This document shows, in pieces, positions 7,263 through 16,986 of a DNA stretch of 64,000 nucleotides. The stretch comes from an uncultured SAR86 cluster bacterium (GTDB lineage: Bacteria > Pseudomonadota > Gammaproteobacteria > Magnimaribacterales > AG-339-G14). The translations under genes and the position numbers were made by a program. The notes beneath the pieces are model-generated. The model saw only the letters and a list, made by a program, of their open reading frames with translations, was not told the origin of the DNA and ran no database searches. Position 1 is the stretch's first letter. Each line of letters opens with the position of its first letter. The stretch covers positions 83,829 to 147,828 of the forward strand of contig CACOJO010000003.1 of NCBI GenBank assembly GCA_902627595.1, given 5' to 3'.

Positions 7263-9995
7263 TTACTTTAATTTTTCAAGAGTTTTAATATGTTTTTCAG
7301 TAGTAATAATTTTTTGGGAAATTTCTTTTAAATTTCGTTTTCTTTCTTGGATCAGTGTTTTTGGAGCATTCAAAAGAAATTTTTTATTATCGAGTTGATT
7401 TTTCAAGCCTTGAAAAGACTTATTGAATTTTTCTAGGTTTTTATGATTCCTGTCAATTTCAGACCGGGGGTCAATAAGACCTTGTAGTGGAATATGAATT
7501 TTCGTGCCGTCAACCAGAGAAATTGCTGAAGGCGGGAGGTTTTTGTTTAAAAACCCAATCTTTTTAACTCTTGTTAAGTTGAGCAAGTAGTTTTTATTTT
7601 GTTCCAGTAATTTCTTTATGCTTTTATTTTTTTCAACAATGATAGTGATATCTTTCTTAGGAGAGATAAGCATTTCAGATCTTATGTTTCTGATACCTGA
7701 GATTACTGATCTCAAAGACTCAATATTCTTAAGGTTAGAGATTCTTAAATATTTTGTCGGAAACTCCGAAATCATAATACTTTTTTCCTTTGCTTTAAAA
7801 GTTTCTTTAAAAGATTGCCAAATTTCTTCTGTAATGAACGGCATAATGGGATGGGCTAATTTGAGTGTCTTTTCAAAAATATCCAACAAGGAATTTTTTA
7901 TTTGCGCTTTCTCGGTATTAGAAATACTTTGGTCATTAAGTCTAATTTTGCAGAACTCAATGTACCAATCGCATAACTTTTCCCAAATGAATTCGTAGAG
8001 AACTTGCGTAGCCAAGTCGAATCTAGAGTTGTCGATATGATCAACATAACTTTCTAAACTCTTGTTGAATTCAGATCTGATCCATTTATCAATTGGATCA
8101 TCACTTAATTTCTTTGATTTTTTATATCCTTTGCATTGCAGCTTGATAAATCTTGAGGCATTCCATAACTTGTTACAGAAGTTTCTATAGCCTTCGACTC
8201 GTTTGACATCAAAGTTTATGTCTCTACTTCCCGATGCCAGAGATGCAAAAGTAAGCCTAAGAGCATCTGTTCCAAAAGAAGGTATTCCAGAAGGAAATTC
8301 TTTCTTTGTTGCTCTTTCAATTTTCTCTCTCAAACTCTGGACTATAAGGTTTTCAGTTCTTTTTGCTATTAAAGTTTCCAGAGGGATTCCATCAATTACA
8401 TCAATTGGATCAATTATGTTTCCTTTTGACTTAGACATCTTTTGACCTTCTGAATCTCTTACCAATCCATGAATAAAAACCTTTTTAAAAGGAGGCTCTT
8501 TAAGAAATTTTTGCGAAATCATAATCATTCTGGCTACCCAAAAAAATATGATGTCAAAACCCGTAACCAAAATGGAAGTAGGGTGAAATTTTGCAAGTTG
8601 TTTGGTTTTTTTGGGCCAGCCTAAGGTAGCAAAAGTCCACAATTGCGAGGAAAACCAGGTATCTAATACATCCTCATCCCTTGTTAAAGTTCCAGAAACC
8701 TTATTTTTCTTTCTTACTTCTGTTTCGGACTTTCCAACATAAACTTTTTTATTCTCATCATACCAAGCTGGGATTCTATGTCCCCACCACAATTGGCGAC
8801 TTATGCACCAATCTTCGATATCTTTCATCCAATTGAAAAAAGTTTTTTCCCAGTTTTTTGGCACAAATTGAACTTTCTCGTTTCTAACTAACTTAGAAGC
8901 TTCTTGAGCTAAATTTTTTGTTTTCAAATACCATTGTTCGGTTAAATAGGGTTCTAAGATTTCTCCTGTTCTTTCACCACGGGGAATAGCAAGTTTGTGC
9001 TTTTCACTGCCCACCAGCAAGTTTGCTCGATCTAAATCTTCAATGATAATTTTCCTAGCTTCCAGCATTTTTAAATTCTGATATTTCTTAGGTGCGTTTT
9101 CGTTCAAAGTTCCGTCTTTATTTAAAATATTAAGAAACTCGAGTTTATGACGTTTGCCAATTTCAAAATCATTGAAGTCATGAGCTGGAGTAACTTTCAG
9201 ACAACCGGTTCCGAACGACATATCAACATAGTCATCAGCAATTACAGGTATCTCTCTATCTGTTAGCGGCAATTTAACTGTTTTGCCGATAAGTTTTTTA
9301 TACCTTTTGTCTTTAGGATTTACGGCAACAGCCATATCTCCCAGTAAAGTTTCTGGCCGAGTAGTTGCTACCGTTAGGTAACCTTTATCGTGTTCGTACT
9401 TGATATTCCAAATAAAAGAATTCTCCTCTTCATTAGAAACTTCGAGATCTGATAATGCAGTTTGCAAAGATGGATCCCAATTAACTAGTCTGTACCCCTT
9501 GTAAATTAGACCCTCATCGTAGAGCTTACAAAATACTTCTGAAACTGCATCGCTGAAGTCTGCATCCATGGTAAATTTTTCACTAGACCAATCTACCGAA
9601 GAGCCTAGTCTTCTAAGTTGCTTGGTAATGGTATTGCCAGAGTACTTTTTCCATTTCCAGATTTCTTTCTCAAACTTACTTCTGCCAAGAGTCTCTCTTG
9701 TCTTGCTCTCACCTTCAAGTTTTCTTTCAACAACTAATTGTGTTGCGATGCCCGCATGGTCCGTACCGACTTGCCATAAGACGTCATACTGCTGCATTCT
9801 TTTTAACCTCGTCATAATATCCATTAAGGTATTTTGGAACCCATGACCCATATGCAGGCTACCGGTCACATTGGGCGGCGGAATCATAATGGAAAAAGTT
9901 TTTTTTGATTTATAGGTGGGTTTAAAAAAACCTGATTTTTCCCAAAACCTATACCATTTTTTTTCTAAACTTTTTGGGTTGTAAGTCTTTTTCAC
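7263..9995 (-). CDS. valS: valine--tRNA ligase
   Basis: 910 aa. Has the HIGH-type motif (PNVTGSLHMGHG), KMSKSKGN and a C-terminal coiled coil. Conserved pepA-holC-valS synteny. Confidence 0.95.
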   Translation of the reverse strand: MKKTYNPKSLEKKWYRFWEKSGFFKPTYKSKKTFSIMIPPPNVTGSLHMGHGFQNTLMDIMTRLKRMQQYDVLWQVGTDHAGIATQLVVERKLEGESKTRETLGRSKFEKEIWKWKKYSGNTITKQLRRLGSSVDWSSEKFTMDADFSDAVSEVFCKLYDEGLIYKGYRLVNWDPSLQTALSDLEVSNEEENSFIWNIKYEHDKGYLTVATTRPETLLGDMAVAVNPKDKRYKKLIGKTVKLPLTDREIPVIADDYVDMSFGTGCLKVTPAHDFNDFEIGKRHKLEFLNILNKDGTLNENAPKKYQNLKMLEARKIIIEDLDRANLLVGSEKHKLAIPRGERTGEILEPYLTEQWYLKTKNLAQEASKLVRNEKVQFVPKNWEKTFFNWMKDIEDWCISRQLWWGHRIPAWYDENKKVYVGKSETEVRKKNKVSGTLTRDEDVLDTWFSSQLWTFATLGWPKKTKQLAKFHPTSILVTGFDIIFFWVARMIMISQKFLKEPPFKKVFIHGLVRDSEGQKMSKSKGNIIDPIDVIDGIPLETLIAKRTENLIVQSLREKIERATKKEFPSGIPSFGTDALRLTFASLASGSRDINFDVKRVEGYRNFCNKLWNASRFIKLQCKGYKKSKKLSDDPIDKWIRSEFNKSLESYVDHIDNSRFDLATQVLYEFIWEKLCDWYIEFCKIRLNDQSISNTEKAQIKNSLLDIFEKTLKLAHPIMPFITEEIWQSFKETFKAKEKSIMISEFPTKYLRISNLKNIESLRSVISGIRNIRSEMLISPKKDITIIVEKNKSIKKLLEQNKNYLLNLTRVKKIGFLNKNLPPSAISLVDGTKIHIPLQGLIDPRSEIDRNHKNLEKFNKSFQGLKNQLDNKKFLLNAPKTLIQERKRNLKEISQKIITTEKHIKTLEKLK

Positions 9996-9997
9996 TT

Positions 9998-10441
9998 TTA
10001 GTTGATGTAAGTGGGATCCAATCCGTCAATTTTACATTGTTTAAAGCTCTCTCTTGCCTGATTTTGCAATGAAGCATTATCTTTAATGACAATTTGAAAT
10101 ACAGTATCGTAGTCTAGATAGTCTGGAGGCAGTTTTGGATTTAGATTAATCAAAGTAGAAAAATTATTTTTTACCTTTATGCCTGGATAAGATATTTCAA
10201 CAGGACAGGAGGGTATTTTTGTATCGTTAGAAATCTTATGAGCTAAAAAAACCTCATTAAGGTCATCCCAAAGCATCTGATCGAGTTCATTAGCTTGAGC
10301 AGCATCATTACACCTTAGGTTAATTTTATTCTGAGCAGATGACCCAAGTTCTAAAAATTTTTCTTCGACAAACTTAAGTAAGAAACTTATGGCTTCTTTT
10401 TCATCTTCTCCAGCAGAAATAAAACTTATTTCTTGGGTCAT
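9998..10441 (-). CDS. holC: DNA polymerase III chi subunit
   Basis: 147 aa. Lies between pepA and valS exactly as in E. coli and Pseudomonas. Has the chi-like block LDQMLWD....F..H and the PVEI..P motif. Confidence 0.75.
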   Translation of the reverse strand: MTQEISFISAGEDEKEAISFLLKFVEEKFLELGSSAQNKINLRCNDAAQANELDQMLWDDLNEVFLAHKISNDTKIPSCPVEISYPGIKVKNNFSTLINLNPKLPPDYLDYDTVFQIVIKDNASLQNQARESFKQCKIDGLDPTYIN

Positions 10442-11949
10442 GCACTGAGTAAATATTCAGACAAGAGAGGTACAGGTCTTCCTGAAGATACCTTTTGTCC
10501 TCCAATTCCATAAGCCGTTCCAGCTATATCTAAATGTGCCCACTTGTACTTTTCGGTGAATCTTGAAAGAAAACAAGCAGCTGTTATTGTGCCGGCGGAA
10601 CCACCTATGTTGGCGATATCGGCATACCTGCTTTTTAAACCACCTTGATACTCATCCCAGAGAGGCAATTGCCAAGCTTTATCACCGCTTGTAATTCCCG
10701 AGCTAAGAATCTTATCAGCCAATTTTTGATCGTTTGACATGACACCAGTAGCTTCGTGACCAAGCGCTACGATTACAGCACCCGTTAGGGTAGCTATATC
10801 AATAACACTTGCTGGTTTAAATCTTTCTACATAAGTAAGCGCGTCACACAATACCAATCTGCCTTCGGCGTCCGTATTTAGTATTTCCACGGTTTGACCT
10901 GACATAGTACTAACTACATCGCCTGGTTTTGTTGCAGTCCCACTTGGCATGTTTTCTGCTGAAGCAATTACCCCAATAATATTTTTCTTAGGCTTTAGTT
11001 CGGCTATCGCTCGCATCGTACCCAAGACACTAGCAGCTCCAGACATGTCGTATTTCATTTCGTCCATAGCACGTGAAGGTTTAATGCTTATCCCTCCAGT
11101 ATCAAAGGTTATTCCTTTTCCAACAATTACATGTGGCTTTTCATCCTTTTTACCACCAGCATAGTTCATGATGATTAGTTTCGATTCTTGTACGCTACCG
11201 TTGCCGACAGACAAGAGACAGTCCATACCTAATTTTTTCATTTCCTTCTCACCAAGAACCTTGGTTTTTACTGCAGAAAAAGTTCTTGATAAGGCTCTTG
11301 CTTGATTTGCAAGGTGCGTAGGAGTACAAATGTTTGCAGGGGTATTAGCAAGCTCTTTGCTGAAATTGCTTCCCGCACCAATGATTTGCCCTTTTTTAAG
11401 CGCTGTAGACAGACCCGCTTTTCTTGAGTCCATAAATATCTCTACTTTTTTTAAGACATTTTTAGGTTGATTTTTTTTACCCTTAAAAAAGTATTGATAG
11501 CTTGAAGCTTCAAGATGTCTGCCCAATACTTCAACCGTCCAACTGACATCTCTATTTTCAACTGAAACTTCGGGAATGATTATTTTTACCGAAGCGGATT
11601 TTGAAGCCAAGGCAGCGCTTGAAATTGATTGGCAAATTTTGAAATAGTCTACTTCTGAAATCTTTTTATTTTTTTTGCCGGTTCCAACGAAATAAGATTT
11701 TTCCGCATTGACTCCACTGATAGCAGGCAGATAAACGCTATTTCCAATTTTTCCGGTAATCTCTTCTCTGGAAATAAGTTTTTTTATTGTGCCATTGCTG
11801 ACTTCATTGATTACTTTTAAATCGCCATCGAGAGTTTTAGTTTCGCTTACACCTATTATCAAAGTCTGAAATTTATCTTTTTTGAAATTTAACTTTTTAT
11901 TTGATGATATTGATTGATTTAATAATTTTTTCATTTCTTCTCCATACAA
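10438..11949 (-). CDS. pepA: leucyl aminopeptidase (M17)
   Basis: 503 aa with VGKGITFDTGGISIKP and NTDAEGRLVLCDAL signatures. The true start may be the ATG at 11934 (MKKLL...). Confidence 0.9.
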   Translation of the reverse strand: MYGEEMKKLLNQSISSNKKLNFKKDKFQTLIIGVSETKTLDGDLKVINEVSNGTIKKLISREEITGKIGNSVYLPAISGVNAEKSYFVGTGKKNKKISEVDYFKICQSISSAALASKSASVKIIIPEVSVENRDVSWTVEVLGRHLEASSYQYFFKGKKNQPKNVLKKVEIFMDSRKAGLSTALKKGQIIGAGSNFSKELANTPANICTPTHLANQARALSRTFSAVKTKVLGEKEMKKLGMDCLLSVGNGSVQESKLIIMNYAGGKKDEKPHVIVGKGITFDTGGISIKPSRAMDEMKYDMSGAASVLGTMRAIAELKPKKNIIGVIASAENMPSGTATKPGDVVSTMSGQTVEILNTDAEGRLVLCDALTYVERFKPASVIDIATLTGAVIVALGHEATGVMSNDQKLADKILSSGITSGDKAWQLPLWDEYQGGLKSRYADIANIGGSAGTITAACFLSRFTEKYKWAHLDIAGTAYGIGGQKVSSGRPVPLLSEYLLSA

Positions 11950-11996
11950 AATTTACTACCAAACATGTGGGATAATACCCTAAGAATATAATATCA

Positions 11997-13151
11997 ATGC
12001 CAAGAATTATTACATTATATTTAATAGGTCAAGTAACTAAGATTAGTTTTTTAACCTTAATCGTTTTATTTAGTGTTTTTTTTCTAAATGAGTTTACGGT
12101 CTATCTTGAAAAAGTTTCAAGTGGCGAACTTTATCCTGAGCTTCTGATACTAGTTTCGATTTATAGCATGTCTGAAATTGTTGAGGTCGTGCTTCCGTTG
12201 AGTGTTTTTATTGGGACCATCATTGCCATTTATCGCCTTGATCAAAATAATGAGCTATTGGCCTTTTCTAAAATGGGTCTTGGCAAACGTAAGGTAGTCT
12301 TAGTCTCTTGTATTCCTGCAGTATTTTTTGCGCTTTTTGTTGCGCTGGTATCTTTTTATCTCACTCCACTTTCAAATAACAAACTTGCCTTTTTAAACGA
12401 CGTTGAAAGATTTTCAGACAGATTTAAATTAATGGGAGCCGAAAAGATCAATGTCCTTGATGATCTCAATGCAATTTTTTATGCCAAGGATGCTTCAGAT
12501 AGGGGTTTTCAGGATGTTTTTTCGAGTTTTGAAACCAACGAATCGGAGTTTGTTTTAACTGCTGATGAATTGATTTCCAAACCCTTAAACGAAAAAGAAA
12601 ACCGGATATCTTTTGAGTCGGGTAAATTTTCTATTTTGTCCGAAGCCATGCCACTAGATTTTAGCTTTGATGAATTCTTTTTAATATTACCCAAAAAGCC
12701 ACTTCTTAATGTTGAGGACTTGAAGAGAAAATATTTTCACGAATTATTTTTTGCTAAAGATTTAGAACGCATCGAATTACTGAAACGCTCTTCCATGCCT
12801 TTAATTGTCTTAATCTCGGCCTTGATAGCAGCATCCCTAACCATGCGATTGAAAGACTCTGGTCGTTTTTACATTTTTCTTTCTGGGCTAATCATATTTA
12901 TGTCTTATTATGGACTTTCCCTTTCACAAGAAGTCTTTAGTAATTTTTCTCTAAACTCCACGATCGTATTTTTAAGCATTCATGGCATTTACTTGATCGC
13001 CGCCATAATGTTGGCAATCGACCAAAGTTATCAAAATTTCAGTTTCAACCTTGGTGGATTAAAATATTCAAGAAACTTCATGATCAATCTCTTTGTGTTG
13101 TTTCTAATTGCTACGGTATTTTCTTATTTGGTGTTTTATGTCTTTTTATAG
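11997..13151 (+). CDS. lptF: LPS export ABC permease LptF (YjgP/YjgQ family)
   Basis: 384 aa, about 6 TM with a large periplasmic loop. Divergent from pepA and followed by a paralogue, the conserved pepA/lptFG layout. Confidence 0.75.
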   Translation: MPRIITLYLIGQVTKISFLTLIVLFSVFFLNEFTVYLEKVSSGELYPELLILVSIYSMSEIVEVVLPLSVFIGTIIAIYRLDQNNELLAFSKMGLGKRKVVLVSCIPAVFFALFVALVSFYLTPLSNNKLAFLNDVERFSDRFKLMGAEKINVLDDLNAIFYAKDASDRGFQDVFSSFETNESEFVLTADELISKPLNEKENRISFESGKFSILSEAMPLDFSFDEFFLILPKKPLLNVEDLKRKYFHELFFAKDLERIELLKRSSMPLIVLISALIAASLTMRLKDSGRFYIFLSGLIIFMSYYGLSLSQEVFSNFSLNSTIVFLSIHGIYLIAAIMLAIDQSYQNFSFNLGGLKYSRNFMINLFVLFLIATVFSYLVFYVFL

Positions 13152-14178
13152 TCTTATTTTCGGCGATACTTTAGACAATCTTTTTACGAGATATGCCTGG
13201 CGTTTTCTTTTTCTAACGGTTGGGATATTTTTTTTATTGGATTTGATTCTTTCATTCTTGAATGAATTTGAAGATTTAAGTGAATTTTATTCATTCAGAA
13301 AGATTCTGCTTTTTCTAGCTTTTACTTCGGTTGATGCAGTTTTTGATATTTTTCCACTAAGCGCAATTGTTTCGACAATCATCTGTATGGGTGCAATTTC
13401 AGATTCAGGAGAATTGATAGCAGCCAGAGTCTCTGGAAAAAAATTGTCCAGAATTATATTCGCAGTTTTAAAGCCAGTTATTTTTGGAATAATACTAATG
13501 CTCGTTTCGTGGCAATTTTTTATCCCCAATCTTCAAGATGCTGCCGATAAATTGAAATTTAAACCTGCGTCCAATGTCTCCGAACAAAAAGAGCAATGGG
13601 TTTTTAAAAACGACAGATTTTCAAAAGTTACCGATAAAGGCACTACTAAGGAAGTAAAAATTTACGATCTTGATGAGAAAGGAAATGTCTACAGCATTGT
13701 GGTTTCCAAAGACATTGAAATTGTTGAAAACGAATGGGTTATCAAAGAGGTAAGAGACTATAAGGAAGATATCAGTAAGTCTGATTTTGTCTGGGAGGAT
13801 GCGCCAAAGCTCGCCATGAATTATTCCATGAAAGGTTTAAAACACATGTCCTTAACGGATAACTATTATTACTGGCAATCCATCAATGAAGTCGCTGATC
13901 GAAACAAAGTAGGTTATGAATTTTGGAAGAAAATGCTCGAACCCATTTCTTTACTCTGTCTCATAATTTTTGCCTTGGCCATTTCGCTCAGAGCCATAGG
14001 CAGAAACAAAAGCGTGGATCGTTTTGTTTTGGGAATTTTAATTGCCTTTGGCTTTAATCTTTTAATTAAAATCTTCGGCAATATATCTTTGATTCTAGGT
14101 TGGAGTGCTTTTTGGGGGATTCTATTATCTTCTTTGGTTTTGCTTTACTTTGGCATAAGAATTATTCGCCGCGTTTAG
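13108..14178 (+). CDS. lptG: LPS export ABC permease LptG
   Basis: 356 aa YjgP/YjgQ-type permease immediately after lptF. An alternative ATG at 13138 would reduce the overlap with lptF from 44 to 14 nt. Confidence 0.75.
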   Translation: MLRYFLIWCFMSFYSLIFGDTLDNLFTRYAWRFLFLTVGIFFLLDLILSFLNEFEDLSEFYSFRKILLFLAFTSVDAVFDIFPLSAIVSTIICMGAISDSGELIAARVSGKKLSRIIFAVLKPVIFGIILMLVSWQFFIPNLQDAADKLKFKPASNVSEQKEQWVFKNDRFSKVTDKGTTKEVKIYDLDEKGNVYSIVVSKDIEIVENEWVIKEVRDYKEDISKSDFVWEDAPKLAMNYSMKGLKHMSLTDNYYYWQSINEVADRNKVGYEFWKKMLEPISLLCLIIFALAISLRAIGRNKSVDRFVLGILIAFGFNLLIKIFGNISLILGWSAFWGILLSSLVLLYFGIRIIRRV

Positions 14179-14606
14179 ACTTTTATTAAAAATGTCTTTG
14201 ACAAAATATCATTTAAAGTTTTTTTGTCTTTACGAAAGAGCATCGGTAGATAATTCAAGCCGAAGAGCAGGCTAAAGATTAATCCCAATAAGCATCGATA
14301 GATCATCCTCATTAAACTGATATCTAAATTATTTTCTTGAGCTAAGCGAACCTTCCAAACCTGCATGCCTAAAGTTTGTCCCGAGTTTTTTTTCCAGAAG
14401 TAACAATAAAAACCAACACTCAAAGCCAAAAAAGCCAAATACATCAAAGGGCTTTCTACCTCGGTATTTAATGCATAAGTAATAAGAAGGGTGAGACCCA
14501 CACAAAGGGCAATAATTAAAATCAAGTCATAAAATAAAGCAACCATTCTCCTGAAGAAGCCTGCTGGTTTATAATCTAAAGTAGAATTCATATTATGTCT
14601 GAACAA
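14175..14606 (-). CDS. RDD family membrane protein
   Basis: 143 aa. The N-terminus GFFRRMVALFYDLILI is typical of the RDD family. 3 TM. An alternative start at 14591 (MNSTL) would remove the 12-nt head-to-head overlap with the POT gene. Confidence 0.55.
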   Translation of the reverse strand: MFRHNMNSTLDYKPAGFFRRMVALFYDLILIIALCVGLTLLITYALNTEVESPLMYLAFLALSVGFYCYFWKKNSGQTLGMQVWKVRLAQENNLDISLMRMIYRCLLGLIFSLLFGLNYLPMLFRKDKKTLNDILSKTFLIKV

Positions 14607-16082
14607 GAAGCTAATCTATCACAAAGTAATTTCTTCGGTCATCCCATTGGCTTAAGAACTTTATTCTTTACCGAGCTCTGGGAGCGAATGTCCTACTATG
14701 GGATGCGTGGCTTGCTGGTTCTCTACATGACCATTGGTGTGGTTGGCAATCCAGGACTGGGTTGGTCAAACGTTGAGGCCAATGCCATTTATGGCATTTA
14801 TGCTGGGATGGTTTATTTCTTGGCTTTACCAGGTGGTTGGCTCGCAGATAATTTATTGGGTTATCAAAAAGCCGTGCTTTATGGGGCGCTCATCATCATG
14901 CTGGGCCACTTTACCTTGGCGATTCCATTGGAAGAGACTTTTATTTTGGGTCTGGCTTTTGTTGCCATTGGCACCGGTCTTCTAAAACCCAATATCTCTT
15001 CCATAGTCGGACAGCTTTATGCCGATCACGACGAGCGTAGAGATTCTGGCTTCACCATTTTTTACATGTCGATCAATATTGGTAGCATGCTCGGTTTTGC
15101 CGTTTGCGGTTACTTGGGTGAGCGCATCGGTTGGCATTGGGGTTTTGGTGCTGCAGGCATAGGTATGCTTTTTGGGGTCATTCAATTTTTTTATTTTCGA
15201 AGTCAGCTTGGAACTGCCGGCTTACACCCAAATGAGATGGCAGAAGGGCGCAGAAGCACTTTGAGACTTTGGACTATTATTACGGTTTTATTTTTTGCTG
15301 CAGTAGTCGTCTCAGGAGTTCTTGGACTTTGGAGTATTGACCCGGTATTTTTTGCCGAACGTTTTCGTGACTTTTTAGTTGTCATTTCATTTATCTATTT
15401 TGGTTACTTGTTTTTCTTTACAGGACTCAAAAGTCATGAAAAGAAAAACGTCTTGATGCTTTTGCTACTATTTGTGGGAGCGGCTGCTTTTTGGTCCGGC
15501 TTTGATCAGTCGGCAGGTTCATTATCGATCTTTACCAGAGATTATGTAAATCTTACTTTTGGTTCTTTTCAAGCACCTGTCAGTTGGACGCAATTTTTAA
15601 ACCCGCTTTTTGTCGTAATGTTTGCGCCGTTTTTTGCTTATCTTTGGGTCTTCTTGGGGAAAAGAAATTTAAATCCGAATACGCCTATTAAATTTGCCAT
15701 TGGGTTAATTTTTATGGGACTGGGTTTTATTGTGATGCTTTACGCAGTGCAATACGCCATGGTTGAAGCGCCTGTCGGAGTCCAGTGGTTACTCTTAACC
15801 TATCTTTTACACACCTTTGGGGAACTCGCTTTATCGCCAGTTGGTTTGTCTGCTTTTTCTAGGTACTCGCCTAAAAAATATCTTGGGCAAATGATGGGTT
15901 TGTGGTTTTTGGCTTCCTCTCTTGGAGGTGTTCTTGCTGGATTGTTCGGTGGAGAAGCTACCGAGTCTGGATTAGACAGTATGACCCCAATATTCTCTGA
16001 ACTGATATATTACTATCTAATTCTGGCAGTAGTTTTAATAGTTCTGTCTTTCTTCATTAAAGGTAAAGTTAATTCATCCTAA
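14595..16082 (+). CDS. POT/PTR2 family di-/tripeptide:proton symporter
   Basis: 495 aa, about 14 TM. Has the PTR2 signature FFTELWERMSYYGMRGLLVLYM and the second motif FTIFYMSINIGS. Visibly GC-richer than its neighbours. Confidence 0.85.
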   Translation: MSEQEANLSQSNFFGHPIGLRTLFFTELWERMSYYGMRGLLVLYMTIGVVGNPGLGWSNVEANAIYGIYAGMVYFLALPGGWLADNLLGYQKAVLYGALIIMLGHFTLAIPLEETFILGLAFVAIGTGLLKPNISSIVGQLYADHDERRDSGFTIFYMSINIGSMLGFAVCGYLGERIGWHWGFGAAGIGMLFGVIQFFYFRSQLGTAGLHPNEMAEGRRSTLRLWTIITVLFFAAVVVSGVLGLWSIDPVFFAERFRDFLVVISFIYFGYLFFFTGLKSHEKKNVLMLLLLFVGAAAFWSGFDQSAGSLSIFTRDYVNLTFGSFQAPVSWTQFLNPLFVVMFAPFFAYLWVFLGKRNLNPNTPIKFAIGLIFMGLGFIVMLYAVQYAMVEAPVGVQWLLLTYLLHTFGELALSPVGLSAFSRYSPKKYLGQMMGLWFLASSLGGVLAGLFGGEATESGLDSMTPIFSELIYYYLILAVVLIVLSFFIKGKVNSS

Positions 16083-16090
16083 AACTTATT

Positions 16091-16330
16091 ATGAACTCAG
16101 ATCAAAAGAAAACTTATATTAACTGCGAGATTATTGAAGATAAAAGAATAAAAATAAGAGTAGGTAGAAGCACTTATATTTTAGATTGTTCTGAAGAGGA
16201 AGACGCGAAGTTTACTCATGCATACGGAAATGCTGCGGGTCTTTACGGTAAAATTGATATTAAAAGCCAATCTCAAATCTGGAAACAAATTTTCGATCAC
16301 ATTGAAAGAATAGAAAAAGAACAAAAATAA
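16091..16330 (+). CDS. hypothetical small protein
   Basis: 79-aa ORF starting 8 nt after the POT gene stop. No motif recognised. Low GC, unlike both flanking genes. Confidence 0.3.
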   Translation: MNSDQKKTYINCEIIEDKRIKIRVGRSTYILDCSEEEDAKFTHAYGNAAGLYGKIDIKSQSQIWKQIFDHIERIEKEQK

Positions 16331-16364
16331 TGGATTGGATTAAAGCCAATAAAAAAATTTAAAC

Positions 16365-16967
16365 CTAATTCTGTCTTTTTGGAGCAGAAGGAGTATTAAG
16401 AAAAGTTATCGCCCAATGCAAAAGAATAACCGCAGTTAAATCTCCGGTTGTATCCAACATTCTGCTAAAGCCCATACCACCGAGAAAGGTGAAGATACAG
16501 GCATTGAGTTTCCAGCGCAAAGTGAAATAGTGAATCGTCGCAAAAAGAAAATTGCTTATAAGTGCTCCAATCCAAAAGAAACTGATACCTGTAACATCCG
16601 AAGTGATTAAAAGAGGTAGAGAAAGCCTGAATGCAATTTCTTCAACTACAGAAATCATGAAGAGATATCCAACCCAGATTAATTGACGCAGATCAATTTC
16701 TCTTTTTGTATATTTCAGAAATCCAAAGATAAAAGTTGCAACTACCAAACTCCACAGAAGATATTCCAAAGGATTTCTGAATAAATTATCCAGTGAAGAT
16801 AATAGGGCGGTTTGTATGGATGATAACAAAAGACAAATAATCGCTATCGAAGTCATGGTAAGCCCATGTCTGGCTAGTACTTGGCGAAATCGAGAGATAT
16901 GAGTCTCTTGACTTGAAGCCGCTCTTTGCAGTCGACCCGCAGGAATTGGATTAGAAGCTTCCTTCAT
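16365..16967 (-). CDS. CPBP (CAAX/Abi) family intramembrane metalloprotease
   Basis: 200 aa, multi-TM. Has the motifs VVEEIAFRLSLP (EExxxR) and FATIHY (FxxxH) followed by a later H (LLHW). The start may be the internal Met (MTSIAII). Confidence 0.6.
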   Translation of the reverse strand: MKEASNPIPAGRLQRAASSQETHISRFRQVLARHGLTMTSIAIICLLLSSIQTALLSSLDNLFRNPLEYLLWSLVVATFIFGFLKYTKREIDLRQLIWVGYLFMISVVEEIAFRLSLPLLITSDVTGISFFWIGALISNFLFATIHYFTLRWKLNACIFTFLGGMGFSRMLDTTGDLTAVILLHWAITFLNTPSAPKRQN

Positions 16968-16986
16968 AAATAGAAATACGATTTAG

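Noticed and set aside
7618-9846. Three plus-strand ORFs (7618..7998, 8203..8445, 9568..9846) inside the valS region.
   Set aside because: They are antisense to a clearly real, motif-rich valS gene. Their products are low-complexity (Leu/Ser/Phe/Ile-rich), typical of shadow frames in AT-rich DNA, and they have no Shine-Dalgarno or motifs.
11987-11992. Perfect TATAAT 4 nt upstream of the lptF ATG, as a leaderless-mRNA promoter.
   Set aside because: The spacing is too short for the transcript to include the ATG. A TGG-GATAAT extended -10-like element at 11968-11976 is an equally weak alternative. Neither is supportable from sequence alone.
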